From the human T2T-CHM13v2.0 reference genome, Homo sapiens, in the NCBI RefSeq assembly GCF_009914755.1, contig NC_060946.1: a DNA stretch of 64,000 bases. One strand, given 5' to 3'. Shown here piece by piece: positions 60,784 to 64,000 of this stretch. Under the pieces are notes generated by a model. It had not been told where the DNA came from and ran no database searches. It worked only from the letters and a program-made list of their open reading frames with translations. Position 1 is the stretch's first letter; each line of letters begins with the position of its first letter. Made by a program: the position numbers and the translations under genes.

Positions 60784-61117
60784 CAGCTTCCTCCTGCCCG
60801 CCCCTCTCTCAGCCATGCTGTGGCTTCTGGACAAGCTGACAGCTGTGTGCTGTGTGTCTGTCTGTGTCCACCCCTGCAGGCAGCCTGCCCTATGAGTACA
60901 AGATCGTGATCGCGGGCAACCACGAGCTGACCTTTGACCAGGAGTTCATGCAGCTTCCTCCTGCCCGCCCCTCTCTCAGCCGTGCTGTGGCTTCTGGACA
61001 AGCTGACGGCTGTGTGCTGTGTGTCTGTCTGTGTCCACCCCTGCAGGCAGCCTGCCCTACGAGTACAAGATCGTGATCGCAGGCAACCACGAGCTGACCT
61101 TTGACCAGGAGTTCATG
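60784..61117 (+). repeat. 167-bp tandem duplication (2 copies) spanning the intron 3/exon 4 junction
   Basis: Copy 1 is 60784-60950 and copy 2 is 60951-61117. Four mismatches: 60815/60982, 60841/61008, 60893/61060, 60914/61081. Confidence 0.97.
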
Positions 61118-61272
61118 GCCGACCTCATCAAGCAGGACTTTTACTACTTCCCATCTGTGTCGAAGCTGAAGCCGGAGAACTATGAGAATGTGCAGTCGCT
61201 GCTGACCAACTGCATCTACCTTCAGGACTCGGAGGTCACCGTGCGGGGCTTCCGGATCTATGGCTCCCCATG
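61047..61272 (+). CDS. MPPED1: MPPED1 exon 4 (226 nt), motif III GNHE
   Basis: Acceptor cccctgcag|G and donor TG|GTGAGT. Encodes (G)SLPYEYKIVIAGNHELTFDQEFMADLIKQDFYYFPSVSKLKPENYENVQSLLTNCIYLQDSEVTVRGFRIYGSP(W). Confidence 0.97.
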
Positions 61273-61499
61273 GTGAGTGGGCCTGGGTGCTGGTCCTGCC
61301 TGCTGGTGAGACCAGAGCTGAGGCTGAGCGCAGGGGGTGTAGGGGATGGGAGTAGCAGCAGGGAGCTCCGGATGCGAGGCTCAGGACTGAATCTTGACCC
61401 CTTACCCTCTGTGTGACCTAGGCAGGTCACCGCTGCTCTCTGGGCCTGTTTTCCCACATCTCACTGAAAATAGTATTATCAGCTGTAACCTGTGTTATG

Positions 61500-61670
61500 C
61501 TATGCTGTACTAGCTCACTTACAGGCAGGTACTATTATCTCCATTTTACAGGTGAGGAAACTGAGGCCCACAGTGGGTGAGGACCTTGCCAAAGGTCACA
61601 CAGCTAGGAAGGGGCAGAGCTGGGATTAAACCCAAGCAATTTGGTTCCAGAACCCCTGCCTTTAATGAAT
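61500..61670 (-). mobile_element. MIR
   Basis: ctccattttacaggtgaggaaactgaggccc...aaggtcacacagctaggaagggg. Confidence 0.7.
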
Positions 61671-61751
61671 ATTCTATAATGCTAGGAATCTTTCTCTAAT
61701 GCTGTCTTCCTGCTCCATACAAAAAAAGATGCATATGTCAGGGGCTGGGGG

Positions 61752-62851
61752 AGATGATGATCGTAATAATGATGATATTGGTGATGATGGTGATAATGGT
61801 GATGGTGGTGATGGTGATGATGGTGATGCTGATGGTATAGTGACGATGATGGTGATAATAATGGGGATGATGGTGATGGTGATTATGGTGATGTTGATAA
61901 TGGTGGTGATGGTGGCAATGTTGGTGATGATGGTAATGATAATGGTGGTGGGAATGATGATGGTAAGGTAATGACAATGATGAGGGTGATGGTGGTGGTG
62001 GTATGATCATAATAGTGAGGGTGGTGATGGTGATGGTGATGATGATGATTGCGATGGTGGTGATGATGGTGATGATGATGATGGTTGTGGTGATGGTGGT
62101 GGTGTGATGATGGTGAGGGTAGTGATGGTGATAATGATGGTGATGATGGTGGTGTGATGATGGTGAGGGTAGTGATAGTGATAATGATGGTGATGATGGT
62201 GGTGATGCTGATGGTGATGATGATGATAGTGATGGTGATGATGGTGGTGATGATCATCATGATGATGGTTGTGGTGGTGGTGGTGGTGGTGATGTGATGG
62301 TGATGATGGTGGTGATGATGATGGTTGTGGTGGTGGTGGTGGTGGTGATGGTGGTGATGATGGTGGTGATGGTGATGATGGTGGTGATGATCGTCATGAT
62401 GATGGTTGTGGTGGTGATGTGGTGATGGTGATGTGGTGATGGTGATGATGGTGGTGGTGATGATGGTGGTGATGGTGATGATGATGGTTGTGGTGGTGGT
62501 GGTGGTGATGATGATGATGAGGGTGAGGGTGAGGGTGATGATAGTATGGTGATGGTGGTGGTGTGATGATGATATTGAGGGTAGTGATGGTGATAATGAT
62601 GGTGATGATGATGGCGATGCTGCTGATGATGGTGATGGTGGTTATGCTGATGGTGATGATGGTGAAGATGGTGATGGTGGTATGGTGATGATGTGATGAT
62701 GGTAATGAGGATGATTACGGTGGTGGTGGTAGTGATGGTGGTGATGATGATGGTGGTGGTGGTGGTGTGATCATAATGGTGAGGGTAGTGATGGTGATAA
62801 TGATGGTGATGATCATGGTGGGGGTGGTGGTGATGATGATGATGGTGATGG
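61752..62851 (+). repeat. (GGT/GAT)n trinucleotide low-complexity array (~1.1 kb)
   Basis: Continuous gatggtgatgatggt-type sequence. Confidence 0.95.
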
Positions 62852-64000
62852 CAGGAAATAATTTCTGAGCAATTACAGTAATCTGGGCCCTAGGCTAAAG
62901 GCTCTATAAACCTTATCTCTAATCCTTACTCAGCCCTGTGAGGACTGATTTATTATCCCTATTCTATAGGTGGACAGAATGAGCGGCCACAGGGTGCCCA
63001 GTGCTGGCAGGGTGAGGTGGGCTTCATACATGGAAGGGCAAGATCACATATGCTTAAAAGTGTGGCTTGATCCTGGAAGGCTCCCTGGAGGAGGTGGGGT
63101 AACCTGAGCTTTGAGGGAAGAGAAGGGTATTCACAGGCAGGGAGGAGTAACGTGGCCTGAGGCTGCACTATCAGGAAGCAGCACAGTCAGCGAGGCTAAG
63201 GAGCCCTTTAGAGGCACAAAGGGCTTGCCTGGGTGGAAGGACTTCAGAGAGAGCTACTGCCAGCACAGAGCATCTGGGAAACCCCTGTGGCCCTGGTTGG
63301 TGCCTCATGGTGACCACCTAGTGGCTGGAGGCGGCAGGCAGATTTAGGACCTGGTTTCATCTTGCCATAGCCTCCTCATGGAGCAGAGGGGAAGGTGGGG
63401 AGGTGCAGGGCTGTCTCATCTTCCCTGGCCTCGGCAGGTGCCTGCTGTCATCTCCCTGGACTTCACGATGTACAGGGTCTTGGTGAACCCTCCCTGCAGC
63501 CAGTGAGGTCCCAGACAAGGACCTCTGGGCACTTGAGGATGTGATGAGGTCAGTACCAAGGACAAGGAGAGGAGGGGAGGTGGCTGAGTCTGCCTCACCG
63601 GCCACTAGAGCTCAGATCTGGAGAAGTCTGATAGGCCAAAAACCAGGAGGGCTGTCTAGAAGGAGGACCCAGCAAGCTTTCCCCTTGACCCCCCTACCAG
63701 CCAGGTGCACACACACAGCCTGTGCCATGCCAGGGAGTGGGAGAAGCCGAAGGACAGAGAAGGGAACTCGAGCCCAGGAGGTGGGTTCAGGGGCCCTGCG
63801 ACCCTGCTCCAGAAGGGGTTTGGTGAGATCCAGGAGGGCTCCCTGTTGGAGGGGGCATTTGAACTGGGGCCAAAAGAGGCATGAGATTTCCACAGGCAGA
63901 GGAGGCAGAGGGAGACCACATGTCTGAACCTCTGTTATGTGTCAGGCCCTGTGCCAGGCTCTTCTTGGGCCTGTCACTTGACAGCCCTTAACACAAGGGC

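Noticed and set aside
60880-60950. Upstream duplicate as an independent or mutually exclusive exon
   Set aside because: It has no consensus 5' splice site at its end (…TTCATG|CAGCTT) and is only 71 nt of a 226-nt exon. It can act only as an alternative acceptor.
61699-62260. His-, Met- or Ile-rich ORFs
   Set aside because: By-products of the (GGT/GAT)n simple repeat.

Overview
Primate (almost certainly human) genomic DNA from the 5' half of MPPED1 (metallophosphoesterase domain-containing 1, 239AB; chr22q13), transcribed on the + strand. Three coding exons splice in frame: exon 2 (10004-10305, annotated ATG 10082), exon 3 (21327-21508) and exon 4 (61047-61272). They encode the calcineurin-like phosphoesterase motifs SDTH, AGD and GNHE. 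The canonical first exon and the downstream exons lie outside the window; exon numbers follow the recalled gene model. The rest is intronic: about 27 Alus (24 antisense), old L1/L2/MIR/MaLR/DNA-transposon relics, a ~2 kb polypurine VNTR, and long (CCAT)n and (GGT/GAT)n tracts. The most notable observations are: (1) a 167-bp tandem duplication of the exon-4 branch point, acceptor and first 71 exon nt, which creates a competing frameshifting (NMD-type) acceptor; (2) a 20/21 match to the REST RE1/NRSE silencer in intron 3; (3) a uORF / weak-AUG / strong-AUG arrangement in exon 2 suggesting alternative starts; (4) a candidate alternative 5' exon plus a 16-nt microexon, both in frame with MPPED1; and (5) Alu inverted pairs, one tail-to-tail and others bracketing exons 2-3. 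No prokaryotic-type systems are present. All repeat family calls are by eye and their boundaries are approximate.
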